Source: Blasia pusilla (Eukaryota). From it: a DNA stretch of 64,000 nucleotides. A program made the translations under genes and the position numbers. How positions within the stretch are numbered: the stretch's first letter is position 1; each line of letters starts with the position of its first letter. Location of the stretch: positions 31,434,001 through 31,498,000 of the forward strand of contig CM114271.1 in assembly GCA_050084515.1 (NCBI GenBank), read 5' to 3'. The notes beneath the pieces were generated by a model. That model saw nothing but the letters and a program-made list of their open reading frames with translations. It did not search any database and had not been told where the DNA came from. Positions 13,678 to 26,700 of the stretch are shown here, piece after piece.

Positions 13678-14122
13678 TGTTAGAACTCGTGGGTCGGTGG
13701 TGAGGTTGCGGGTGGGTAGGGGGTTAGGACGGGTCTCGGAGCTCGTGGAGTTCCGAAGACCAGAGCCATAAAGGCTCTGGTCTCTCGGACTATCGACAGC
13801 CGTTGAGTTACCCGATTATCACGTGCGCTTGTCTGCCGCAGTGTGCCCTCATGTGCCGAGTCCGTCCGGCTATCGACCCGCCTGAGATACTGCCATGTCC
13901 CTTCCGGCTGGGAGTGCCAGTTGCCTCACCGCCGTAAGGCATTTGTAGCCTTTGTCGCTGGTTGCCTTTTCTTAACCCTGTCCGCATTGGTCGGCCCTCA
14001 CGGCTGCCCTTGCTGTGGCGCCGGCTCTGAAAATACGCCCCATACGACTCCGTCCCTTCCTTGCGACCATGACCATTCTTTCGACCGCCTACCGCGACCA
14101 CATCGTTTGTTGCTGCACAACA
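13678..14122 (+). mobile_element. Candidate 5' LTR (445 bp) upstream of the gag of Gypsy copy 1
   Basis: TGTT...AACA termini, GC/CpG-rich, an 11-bp stem hairpin at 13757-13783, and located ~110 bp before the gag ATG. No partner LTR is visible in the window. Confidence 0.35.
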
Positions 14123-14230
14123 TACGTCTCAGTGAGAGAGTGTAGATTGAGTGCCGCATGTTAGTTTGAGTGATTGAGTGATTACTCCCGAGGTTGAGAG
14201 TGATCATGTGAGAGGGGTACGAGTGTCATC

Positions 14231-17115
14231 ATGGTGTCCTTTCGGGACTTTGAGAGGCGAGGTGGTGGACCAGAGAGTAGCTCTAGAGGTTTTACCCAAA
14301 GTGGTGCGAGGTTTCGGAGGTCTCCACGTGGGAGACCACCTCGATCTCCTTCTATGTCATCTTCTACTGAGGGGGAGAGTTTAGAGGGGTGTGTTAGTGA
14401 TTCAGTGCAGACATGAGTGGTCCTACCAGTTGGGTGTACGAGATGGACGACTTGGATAGAGGACCACCTAGGTTTTTGGGTATTGTCAACACTATAGAGT
14501 TACACAACTTCATTGCGGAGTTTAGGAGTTGGTGTGACTCATAACGGGCTAGGCACTCTAAAGAATTCAACCCGTTTACAACATGGAATGGTATGTTCTA
14601 GCATTTAGAGGGGGCGCCCATGGACGATTACCATGAGTTCTCCCATAGATATGCCTAGGAGAAGGAGGCATGGCGACTCTAGTATGACCCACATTATGTG
14701 CCATGGCCTGAGTTGTTTCCCGATGAGGAGGAGCCAAGAGAGGCCTCTTCCTCTTCCGCGAGTGATGTTTTAGGAGGTGTAACTCGCACTGGAGCAGTTG
14801 CACCATCGAATTGGGTTTGTTACAAGTTTAACCATGTGGTTGAGTTCTTTGTTGAGTTGAGGAGGAGCTACAACGGGGTACGAACTGAGAAGTTGCGGAG
14901 CATCCACGACTTCCAGAGGCGCCCGGGTGAGAGTTTGCATGAGGCCTACATCCGCTTGCGCCGGTTGATTAATGTCACTCAGGGGATGACAAAGTCCCAC
15001 GCTATCCAATCATGGTATGCAATGTTGGATCGAACCCTGCGGACACGGGCGTGGGAGGGGGTGCTTCTTATGAACACCTCAACTATGTTGAAAGATGTTT
15101 TTAGGACCGATGAGAACATTGAGCGCAACATGGCATAGGAGAGCGTAGCCACCATGAGTTCTAGGCGAGAGCAGTCACGATTGTCTGCACCACCAATGCA
15201 GCAACGTGGATTCCAAGATAGGTTTGTGGCACCACAAGCTTAGGGAAGATACGGCGAGGCGATGCCAGACAGACCTGTGCCTTCATATGCTGCTTAGCAG
15301 CAGCCGCCTACGATTAATTGTTGGCCACGTGGTGGAGCCCATCACCAGCGCAATTGCACTCATGAGGGTTATGGACGCATGCCTCAGAATGGAGGAGATG
15401 GTGTTGCACAAGGAGGATATCAGTGTGACTTTTGTCAGAGGTACGGTCATACACGCGCCAGGTGTTTCAGCCAACACCGTGAGTTACGTTTGGACCGAGG
15501 GCCATAGAGGGCATTAAAGCAAGTTTCCGGTGTGGGTGGGCCTAGAGTTCGTGCACTATGTGGTCTCGTTGGGGAATGAGGAGATGGAGTTGCCCGAGGT
15601 GGTGGTGGAGTTGTTCGTGAAAGAGGTAGAGTCCCACCACCTAGACTCATCGAGGGAGACGCGGGGCGTGAGGCTGGGACGGCTACTTAAATACAATAGC
15701 TACAACAATAGATTGCCGCTATGGCATTCAGGTTACCCAATGCCGGAGCCGTGGCATTGACTTCTTATAGAGCAGTTGGAGATATGGAGGATCCTAGCAG
15801 GATGTGCGCGACTATCCAGTTGGAGGCAACTGCTGTTGTTACACATGGAGTCGCCGTGGAGTTGGATCCATAGCGAGGGGAAGCCAGGAAACAGATCAGG
15901 CTTCCTCTATCTTTCAAGTTGTTTGAGGCGACGAGGACCCCATCCATGGGTCCTGATTAGAGTTCCTGGAGAGTTGGTGATGTTGTTGGTGTGCAAACAC
16001 GGAGGGCGATGGGAGAAGCGAGTGAAAAAACTCCTATTGTTGATGCTCAAGAGGGGCATGTGTCGAGCACGTTGTTGGGGGCGGCCACCATTGTGTACCA
16101 CGCTCCACTATTTTCTGCTTCCGATGTTATGACGTTGGGAGGTACGTCTGCCGAGGTTTTCCGGCTGGACGCTATGTTATGTGAGCGTGGATATGGAGGT
16201 CTTGCATCACGTTCAGAGGTGCTTGCAGACAGGGTGATGGACATGCCCTTGGAGCCGATGCTTGGGCCTTCCACCTCACATTCATGGGAGGTTACGACTG
16301 CTAGGATGGCGGAGATGCCAGCTACACTTGCAATACAACATGCCATGGCTTCTCCTGGTGTTGTGTTGCTAGATAACCGAGGAGATATCTTCTGGTTGGT
16401 GATTCCAAGAGGTAGAGTTTTTAGTCTGTAGCGTGTCTTGCTAGATTCACAAGCACAACCCTTGATTTTAGGGAAATTGGCATTCAGAGGGTTGGGCTTG
16501 ACGAGAGCCGATGTGGAGCGTTGTCCATTTTGGATTCGTACATCCTTGGGTGGAGCGAGTACCACACAATTTATCACTCGAAAAGAGGTCGTGATGAGGA
16601 TTTTCCCGGGACATCCTACAGATGAGTGTGTGGTGCGAGCGAAGGCGACAATGACCGATGTAGAGTCCCACGACGTCTTGGTTGTTGGAGATGTGTTGTA
16701 TCCGATGGGTTTTCCCCATGATCACTAGGAGGAGTCAGCATCCTACAGACCAAGATGAGAGTCTGGTGATGGGCAACTTAGGTCATTAACCATTTGATTC
16801 ACGGGTGGAGTGATCAAGCGACATCTAGGATAGATGGAGACTTTGGCAGCATTTAGCAACGCCTAACACTTGTAGAGGAAGGCGTGTTTTGGTAGCGGCA
16901 TCATTCCGTGGAGGAGATGAGCCACTGTGGGGCTCAAGTGAGGAGCTCCAACGTTTAGATGATGAGCATGTGCAGATGGTGTGGAGTCAAGCGTATGCAC
17001 CAGAGCGTGCAGAGGAGGGTATTCGCGTGTTGGATCTCTTTAGCGGGATCAGCACTTGCTTAGTTGTTGTTTTGCAAGGAGGAATGCACGTGCATTAGTA
17101 CATGTACGTTAAGAT
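14231..17115 (+). mobile_element. Ty3/Gypsy copy 1 (decayed): gag, protease and N-terminal part of a DNMT3-like domain
   Basis: Gag capsid motif FQRRPGESLHEAYIRLRRL, zinc knuckles CWPRGGAHHQRNC and CDFCQRYGHTRARC, protease VLLDSQAQPLILG, and methyltransferase motif I EEGIRVLDLFSGIST (from 17012). Many stops. Truncated at 17115 by an LTR. Confidence 0.85.
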
Positions 17116-17663
17116 TGTCACGAATTTTAGGATAGATCGGCGAGATCTAGTAGAGCCCCTTCGGAGATACTGGAGGGCAGCCTCAAGAGGTCGAGGATGA
17201 CCTGCTCATGCCACGGGTAACCTGAGAGAACCAGTCTCGCCTTCGTTTCGGCTCATTTGGAGCCATATATAGGCACGTACTATTACGATTAAGTTTCTAT
17301 TTTGAATATAGTTGCCTTTCCACTTTGGGAAGTGGTCTTTGACCCGCTATAGCACGTCAAGAGCCAAGGAGATGACCTCCGAGCATAGGTTATCGAGGAG
17401 AGAGTTTGGGAGAGGGAAGGGGGTATACCTCCAAGAGAGAGAGCTTGAGAGCTCATTATTTTTTTGTTGAACCTCTTGGCATGAGGCAGCGGAGCTATGG
17501 TCTTGCTTGCCTTGTGTGTGTTACCCAAGCCTCTCATTAGAAGAGTGGGTTTGGTTTGACATGAGAGAGTGGACACCATGGAAAGCTTGGTGTGAGATAT
17601 TGATGTGAGACCTACTTGATTTATTGGAGATATTTTGGTATTTCTCGTTTTTTGGATGCATGA
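17116..17663 (+). mobile_element. LTR of the DNMT-Gypsy family, 3'-truncated
   Basis: Starts TGTCACGA and is the reverse-complement homologue of 18906-19543 and 57448-58234. Confidence 0.85.
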
Positions 17664-18147
17664 TCGTGCGTCATGATACATATGTGAGTCATATATCGAG
17701 TCATATAGGTTACCAAATTTTTTTTAAATTAATAGGTCGTGATACACGAGTCATATATTGAGACATGAAGGTCACCTAAAAGTTAGTCATGGTGGTCATT
17801 TGAGTCATATTGATTTCTTTGGTTTGTATGAATGATTGTGTTCTTAAGTCATAAAATATAAATGAGTCATATAGAGGACTCAGATTTTTCTGAACTGACG
17901 GATGATGATTATGTCATAAAATACCATTGAGTCATATTGATCAGTTTGATTTGAAAAAATGACATAAGTTGGACATATATGACTCTTGTAAATGACTCAA
18001 TTCCTTTGATATGACTTGAGACTTAGTATCATGTATGACAGTTTACATTACATGATGTTCATCATCTCCTGGAGATTAGGGGAAGATACTTGAAGTATGT
18101 CATTCAAGTAGGATACGATGCCCCCTCTACAAAACCCTTCCCTGTCT

Positions 18148-18374
18148 CAAACTTACAACATTGAATGAAGAAAGACAAGAAAGATCCAATAGAGAATACC
18201 TTCTATTTAGTAGCTAGTTATACTCCTACTAGCAAGTTTCAGATTGAAGGAGAGTGAGCACAAACTTACAACATTGAATGAAGAAAGAGAAGAAAGAAAA
18301 TCCAATAGAGAATACCTTCTATTTAGTAGTTAGTTCTACTCCTACTAACGAGATTCACCTTGAAACAGAGTGAG
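18148..18374. repeat. ~113-bp tandem duplication inside the CACTA remnant
   Basis: caaacttacaacattgaatgaagaaaga...tccaatagagaataccttctatttagtag occurs at 18148 and 18261. Confidence 0.85.
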
Positions 18375-18614
18375 AAGGGACATGATTTAATCTAAAACAT
18401 TGGGAAGAAGTAAGAAAATAGCTAGATAGAAATATAAGGGCATGCATATATTCATAGAAATGATTTACAAAATGGCCCATTGTTTATCGCAAAGATAACT
18501 TCATGTAGACTAATTCCTAGTGTTGGTATGGTGTCAAAATTGCATGTGAAACAAAATATCAGCAAGTATTACTAACTAAACTGCAACTACAACTAGAGGG
18601 ATGCTCTAATGTAC

Positions 18615-18892
18615 AACTTTCTTCAAGTTCATTTCAAGCCAGAGAATTAAACCCCCAAGAGCATCATCCAAGGTGTATTGAGGTGGCAAGTCATGCTCAT
18701 TTGGCTACCACAACTTATGATCCAAAAAAGCAAGATGGACTGTCTTGAGTTCCACTTGCACTATTCCCAAAGGAATATCACTTCCCTGAAACTTGTCTCG
18801 TCCACTCAAACCCCTCACCACACCGTTTCCCAATATTGTCCTTCTAAGCTTCGGTTTTGTGATGTGAACTTCATCTCCCACTTGAAGCTACA
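18615..18892 (-). pseudogene. CACTA TnpA/TNP1-like C-terminal exon remnant
   Basis: Translates to LQVGDEVHI...ILGNGVV...DIPLGIVQVELKTV...LW*PNEHDLPPQYTLDDALGGLILW, resembling the En/Spm TNP1 C-terminal pattern (T-L-x-D-A-x-G-x-x-I-L-W). Confidence 0.55.
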
Positions 18893-18905
18893 AACAGAAG
18901 ATGGA

Positions 18906-21900
18906 TGTCGTGCGCATACACATCGCTACACAACATACATCACTGTCATCGAACACACACACAAACACACACGATCCCATGCTAACTCATGGCATCCATA
19001 CACATAAGCGAGAAGTACCAAAATATGTCCAATAAAGTAAGATCCAATCTCTCTACACCATCTCACACCATAGCTCTCAAAGGTGTGATCCCTCTCTCAT
19101 CTCAAACCAAACCCACTCTCCTAAGGAGAGGCTTAGGTTACACTCACAAGACAAGGGACCATAGCTCTGCCGCCTCATGCCAAGAGGTTCAACAAAGAGA
19201 GAATGAGCTCTGAAGCTTTCTCTCTTGGAGGTATACCCCCTTCCCTCTCCCAAGCCCTCTCAACAATAACCTATGCTTGCAGGTCACCTCCTTGGCTCTT
19301 GACCTACTGTAGCGGGTCAAGGGCCAATTCCTAAAGTAGAAAGTCAACTATCCCCAATAAGGAAACTTACCCAAAATAGTAAATTCCTCTATATGGATCC
19401 AAATGAGCCGAAACGAAGGGGAAACCTGCTCTCTGAGGTTTCCCGGGGCCTCAATAGGTCATCCTCAACCTCCTAGGCATGTCCTCCACTACTCGTGCAG
19501 ACGCTTTGCTAGATCCCGTCGATCTATCCTAACAGTCGTGATAGTTGTCATGCGCATACACATCGCTACACAATATACATCGCTATCATCGAACACACAC
19601 ACAAACACACACAATCCCATGCTAACTCATGGCATCCATACACAAAGGTGAGAAGTTCCAAAATATCTCCAGTCGCCCCCCTAGATGGTGGTTAGGTCCC
19701 TCTAACTCCAGATAGCCATCTATCCCTACCTACCACAACATACATCTCTAGGATGCTAAGAGCAGAAAGGCCGGATGCTAATGTGGCCCCATCGTTAGTC
19801 GCCAACATGTCATCCATGTCACAAAAAAAGTCGGAATCAAAACCTACCTAGTATCTCCTCTGTGTACATCTGGGACACATCCATCATCCCCGAGGAACCT
19901 AAGTGAGAGGTGGCGTCATACATGCCATATGCCAACCTCTCGAACATCCATTACAAACTAGCATCGTGGCCGTACCACGAGCAGAACCATACAACATACA
20001 ACGCAAGCATGCAGGAACTATTGCTGAGCTCGGATCTACTATACCATCATGTTAGGAAGGTAACATGGCGAACAATTACGCACATGGTCCTTCCATACCA
20101 TACCATCGCGTCCCTCCATCAAGAGAACACCGGAGGACAAAACGTCACGCACTCTAAGGATAGTGCGCCCTATAGTCACATCCAATGTCGTCAGTGCCGT
20201 TTGCTGCAAGTAGACATAATCTCCGTGATGAAACCTCCGAATAGTTGGTCGGTAACCACCATCCCGAATAGTCGCATACCTCAACGTATCCCGATGCTGC
20301 GCAATCGCCAAGTTCTCGAACGTCATGGGCATCACTCATGACATTCAAGAACTTGTATGTATGGATACATGCTCGTATCCATACATATGGCTCATCAAGG
20401 TCCAACATCTCACCAGCATCTCGACGAATGGACGCTGGTAAATCTGGCTCTCGGCCATAAAGTAGGAAGTACAGTAAAAAAAGACGCTAAGGATGCCTGC
20501 CTGTTGAATGTGTATCACATCGCCAACCACGGCAACTGGAGGTCCCAATCTCCTAGATGACCTCTCTGCAAGCCATACTTGTGTAAACCCCTCTTCATCG
20601 TCTGCACAACTCTCTCCGCTAATCCATCCGCCTCAGGATGATCTCGCGAAGTCGTGCGGTGGTCGATCAGCGCCTGATCACAAAAGGCATGGAAATCACC
20701 GCGAAACTTGGTACCCTAGTCTGTCAACACCTCAGATGATGGGCCATAATGACTCAGCACTCTATCAAGGAAGGCATAAGCTACTCCCTCACTCGCTTTG
20801 TCAGGCAATGCAACCAACTCGATCCACTTCGAGAAGTGCTCGACCTTCACCAACACATAACGACTATGACGCTCCGTCAAAGGCAAAGGTCCTGCAAAAT
20901 CCAAACTCCATCTATACCCTAAGCCCATTATCGATAACGGATGCAAATGTGGAGTCGGAGCATTGAATGATGCTCGGACCCGATCACACACCATGCACCT
21001 GGCAACAAACTACTGAACGTCAGTCTACATGCCTCGCCACCAATACTAAATCTAGAGCAAGTTGTACGTCCGCTTCACCCCAAAGTGACCCAACTCCTCG
21101 TGGGCATGCTGCACTAGTCGTGCTCTTTGCAAAGGATGCAGCACTACGCGTACTCTGCCATCCTCCCAAACCCTCAAAACATGTATCCCCTCCCAACAGA
21201 ACCGTGTGGCCCGCTGTAGGATCCGATCCCGCTCTTTAGCACCCACGGTGCTCGCAACGCTGCAAGTACGAAGGTACTCCAAGACTACTCCATCATCATG
21301 AATATCTCGGCCACTTGTCGTCTCCTCACTAGCCTCGGGATCCAAGGACTCTCCACTAGACCTCGCCATTGAAGTCTCCACACTTTGGCTCTCCATAGCC
21401 AACATGCCTAAATAGGCTAATGCGTGCCATCCTGGCACTGACTTCTCATCACTCTCTCCATGCCATCGAGCTCCAGTCGCATCTCGCTGACTCGGGCATG
21501 GGTTACGACTCAACCTATCTGCATCTTGGTTGAGCGTCCCAAGTCTATGTAGCACCTGAAAATCATACTCCTCCAACAACAAAGCCCATCTCGCAAGCTT
21601 CCTTGTAAGCTTGTTGGACTCCATCAACCACTTCAGTGGTTGATGATTAGTGATGATGGTAAAGGGGTTGTCGAATAAGTAACACCTGAAATGCGCGACA
21701 GCCCACACCGCAACCAAGCACTCACCTCATACGAGTTGTATCTCGCCTCTACAGCGTTGTTCGAGCGGCTAGCGCAAGCCACCACAAACTCTCTACCCTC
21801 ATCATCATGCTGGGTAAGCACCGCTCCAAGCCCCAACATGCTTCAATCTGTGTGCAATTGGAAAGGATGCCCCTTGATCAGTCTCCTCAAGATGGGCGCG

Positions 21901-22745
21901 AACATCAACCTGTCCTTGAGCAACTGAAATGCTCGCTCCTGCTCATCCCCCCAGTGCCACTCATGATCCACCTTGGTCAACAAGGTCAGCGGCTTCACAA
22001 TCGAACTGAATCCCTTGACGTTTCGCGGATAGAAGTTCGCCAATCCCATGAATGCGCAAACACAGCTCACATCTATTGGGCGTGGAATGCGTGAGATAGC
22101 CTCTACCTTTGTCTACTGAAGACCAAGGCCCCTTGGGTATATCGTATGACCCAAGTACTCAATTTGGTCGTAGAAGAACTTATACTTACCTGGATGTAGC
22201 TTCAGCCCATGTAATTGCAATCATCGAGATACCTTCTCTAGATGTCGCTCATGCTCCTCAACAGTGGCGCTAAAGACTACGATGTCATCAATATATCACC
22301 TAGCAAAATCCAGACTAGCCAAGATCCTATCCATGACCTTGTAAAACTCAGCCGGGGCGTTCTTTAACTCAAATGGTAAGGACCGCCACTCGTAAAAACA
22401 ATCCTTCCCGTGAGGATCGATGCCCCAAAATGCGGTCTTCTGCCTGTCCTCCAATCTGATAGGTAGTTGATGGTATCCGGCTCGCAAATCCAATGAACTG
22501 AAGACCTTTGCATGACGAATCGCATCAAAGATCTCCTAAGGGATGGGCATGGTATACCTATCAGCCTGCCATGAATCTGACGTGGACGGCCCGAGCATCC
22601 GCTCTAAGGGCAGGTCCATCACCTCCTCTGCAATCACCTCTGAACGTGTCAGGCAACTCCAACTCCTCGTCCCCCAATGGGACCACCTGGTGTACGATCT
22701 CTAGGCCCACCCTGACCGGCTACTTGCTCTAGTGCCCTCTCTAGC
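18906..22745 (-). mobile_element. Ty3/Gypsy copy 2 (decayed, internally deleted): RT, RNase H, integrase, PHD and 3' LTR
   Basis: RT LDLRAGYHQL...YIDDI, RNase H FQLHTD...TNHQPLKWL, integrase H-x4-H...CMVC / WSLDFAGPLP, and PHD at 19865-20005. PPT at 19672-19685 and LTR at 18906-19543. Gag and pre-protease fragments (22565-22745) are fused directly to RT. Confidence 0.9.
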
Positions 22746-25700
22746 CCTCAAGCTCACTTTTTGACCATTGAGCATAAACTATATGCAAGGGAGCCAAACT
22801 TTTGCGATCGCTCTAGAAGCCTGCCGTGCAAATCGAATTACAATCAAAATTTTAGAAACCTTTCTACGTTTGAACAAAAGATAGAGAGGGAGGTAAGAAA
22901 ACTCACTTTCAATGTCCATTCATTATGCTGAACTGCTGTTACGGAGCCTGCGTTGTGAAGCTCAATCTTCCTAATGTAACAACAAGCATTCCTTGCTACC
23001 TCGTGCGATGTACTACATTGGCGCCTCAATCCCTCGTACTCATCAATCTCACGACTCCAACGTTAGCTTCCACGGTCTTCCTTGCTCCTTTGTTGTGGTT
23101 CTCTTCAACGCATGTAGTTGCCCTTGACCGCTCACTATTCACTTGGAAAAATTAGTGGAGTTTGATGTGCTCTTCCCATCTCCCGCACTCACTAAGGCTC
23201 TTCCTCTCTCCCGCATTCACGAGCCTCTCACGTGGTCTTTATGTTCCTTCAACGAGAATGGCGATTGCTCTTCCCCAATGCATACTTTGCTTGCAATGAG
23301 CCCCGATCTTGTGTGATTCCTGTGCTGTAGGTACGTGTAGGCATTCCTTGATCCCTAAATGGACTAATTCGAGCCCGCTCTTTCCCGCTCCATACACACT
23401 GCGTCTGCGTGATTGCTCGTAGGACTAGTGAGCCTCTATCTTCGAGCCTCGATCTCCTTTAATTTTCCCGGCTGCAGGTATATGTAGGCACTCCTTCATC
23501 CCTAAACAGACTAGCTACTTCGAGCCCGCTCTTCCCTCTAACGTTGTAGAGTCTCCTTGCCTTAGGAAAATTGACAACGGGTTTCTCTAGGTAGAAAAAT
23601 CCAAGGTTAGGTCATGACAAAGGGTTAAAGTAAAAATGTGGTTAGATACGTTTAGATGGAAAAGATATTTCTACATGATCAAATTGGAAATTAATTCCCT
23701 TTCCCCAAAATATTGAACTTTCCAAACCTACTTTGGATATCATCTTATGAGACTCTTGTAGGAATAAAAAATAAGAATCGAAATTGTTTTTTTTCATACT
23801 AAATGAATTTCTATACTAAAGATAATTTTCTACAATAGAGTCATAGCATCTCGTTACTCACTCATTGTTTAGAATGACTATCTAAGTCCTAGGAAATGTT
23901 TGGATATAACTTAGTCATATTCCGACGTAGTTTGATGACCAAGTCATATTTGTAAATGACTAAATTTTCCGTACTTTATATTAATATATGACTAAAGAGT
24001 GACTAAGAGACAATCTAGTCATAAGTTGAAGTCATGACGAACACTAGTCATACAAATCTTAGTCATAAAAGCCGGTTTTTCTTCTAGTGGTAGGAAATGA
24101 TTTTGAGGTAATGTCTATGGGAAGAGAGTGAGTTTATCTCTTCGCATATTATATCAATTTTGCTAAAGTAGGAGGCATTTCTTGCGTAGAACTGAGATCA
24201 AGAAAAACCAAACATGTTGATCTAGAGCTAGTAAAAGTAGAATTCGTGAGACCTTTCAACATTACATTGAGGTCAATTGCGGGGATAGATGAGTGTGTTG
24301 CGGATACTCAATCAAAAAGCTTACAATCAAATTAGATTCTCCACTCTCCTCAATTTTGTCCATTTGCATAAGGTCCACCTTCAATTTTATAGTTCTAATT
24401 TGATATGTAGGGGGTGTTATATCCTCCATCTCCCAAGGAGACTCAATTATCTCTTCGCACTTTTTGTGCTTCTTTTGGTCTAGTCGTTCTACAGAAGGAC
24501 ATCAACTTGGAATAGAATCTCTATGAGCATCTCCAAAATCCACGAGTTCACGTGAGCCTCATGATACATATCTTCTAGGTTTAGAAGGGTTATAGTATTT
24601 CCCATGTATTGGATTTTTTTTATTCTCTCCAATTCAGGACTTGTAGTGATCTTGATACATTCTTCTAGGTGAGAAGTCTTCCCTCTCGTCACATAATGTG
24701 TCCCCTATCTTAACTCCATATTGCTCTGTTGAGCAAGATGGGTAAGTAATGTACTTTTTAAAGTCATTTTTGTCTCCGACCCTTGGCATATTTCATAGCA
24801 ATCACTCTAGTTGTCATCTTGTAATTTGAACTTCTATTTTGATTTTTATGTAGAAATAGAGCATGTATAGTTATAACACATATACTAAACGCACCCTTAT
24901 TGTTTTCTATGCAAGGAACTAGAGCCTAATGAGTGAAAGTTCGGGGTTTAAAGTATAGTTGAAATCTTGTAGAGTCAGAGTTCTCTAATGGTAGGAATCA
25001 AAGATAGATGATCACGAGTAGAGTAGTGCACAAGGTGTGTCGTTATCCTTAGGGTTTATATGGTGGGACTTGAGGATCTACATCCAACAAAGACAAAGAA
25101 TATTAGACTGTATTCTAGGAAAAAGAATAGATGTGTAATTCATTGAGATTGTAAGAGTCAAGTTAATATTACAAAAGGTGCAAATACCCCTAATTGCACT
25201 CACCTAGGAAGTGCAATATACAATTGTATTTCCTAAAACCACAAAAAAATAAATTTCCAAGCCTTAATATCTATCCCAAATTTGAATCACACAATTGTAA
25301 AAAAATTGAATGAATGCACTATCACCACACCTAAATTGACACCCATTTAACACCAAATCAAGGTCGCTTGCTAAAGGTGTAAATATAGTATGCACGTGTA
25401 GCACCGAGGCTATACCCAATACCTTAATTATATACCTTAAAGTAAGGCGGAGATTAGATGAACGACCTAAATGAAATTATGCATCAACGATATGAAATAC
25501 TTAACCAAAAAAATGTACGTATGTTTGGAGCTACATTTTTGTATGTTCCAACCAAAACTTGGATATTTCCTCTTCAAAATAGTAGATCTTCAACATATGA
25601 AAATTCCTTAGTAACTACGCATGGAATGTGCAACTTGGTTTGAAAGGGATACATGTCATTCAACCAACTTTCATAGGAGACACGTGTAAAGCAGATACCA

Positions 25701-26149
25701 TTTTGAGTCCCACAACCCATCCCTCTTATAGTAATAGAGATATTAGGACAAGTATCAAAGAATGATCACATGGAAAAAAGTAAATAGAAGGATATGCATG
25801 TGAAAATATTAATCCCCAAACTATAAAACAACTTCTTTCTTGGAGGAAGATTATACTAATCTATTATCTTTATTGATGAAGAAGGTTGTTATATGAAGAA
25901 ATTCCATTTATAAAATAAATGAAGATTATTTCAGAGAGAAATTGGAGTTGTTAGTTAAAGTGAACCTCTAAATTACATGTGGTCGTGCATGAATAAAACA
26001 CTTATTTTTGTAATGTACTTAAAACTAAGAAATATCAATTCTATGGAGAAATCATACAAATATATGTGTTAGCTCAAGTGGAGGATTTATGAAGCATTCT
26101 TTATGTTAAATATAAATGGTGTTATAAATGAAACACTAAACGATAATCA

Positions 26150-26700
26150 TGAAATATTCCAAAGTCTTCCTCAATTTTTTTAATTTTTTAATTTTATTTT
26201 TGTGTAAAGGTTCATGAGGAAATCAAATTATTTTTAGGAAAGAAGGATGTCAAGTGAATGATGGGACAATAATTATTCTTCAAAATGATTGAAAGAGGTC
26301 GTAGAGAATTAAAGAGGTTCTCCACAGGTTGGGAGTGAAATTTAGTCCAAATTACGGAAAAGAAGATCAAAAGGAGAGATTTTATTTTCTTAATTGAGGG
26401 ATGGGGATTGGGAAAGGAACGATAACTTTTCCCCCCAAGTAATAAGGGATAAGATATGATTAAAAAAAGATAAAGTTAGAGATCATTTTTTTAATATGAA
26501 AGCCAAAATCAACCCGTGTTAATAAATTAGAAAGCACATGCAATTAAACAAAAAATATCACCACATTAAAAGATTATTTTTTCTCACCATGCATTGCATT
26601 TGACATGGACATTAAGGATGAGAGAGTGGGAAATTAAAGGAGGTTATACACCATGAAGGAGTTTCTCCGCTCTCTCAAATCTGATTTATGTGTATGAGCT
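26150..26700. repeat. Old AT-rich dispersed repeat shared with 53650-53990 (inverted) and 54680-54760 (direct)
   Basis: Segments such as ttcttcaaaat..tgaaaga / gggag.gaaatttagtcc and caccatgcat....ggacatta.ggatga align by eye between the two regions. Confidence 0.45.

Larger units (their letters stand above)
17664..24089 (-). mobile_element. Non-autonomous CACTA (En/Spm) remnant interrupted by Gypsy copy 2
   Basis: The right end reads CACTAGAAGAAAAACCGG on the minus strand (TAGTG at 24085-24089). Dense gagtcatat/atatgact subterminal repeats at 17670-18040 and 23840-24070. The left CACTA terminus is missing. Confidence 0.75.

Noticed and set aside
24289-24692. Possible Ulp1-like protease remnant (LEDMYHEAHVNSWILE)
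   Set aside because: The resemblance is too weak and the catalytic His/Asp/Cys motifs were not found.
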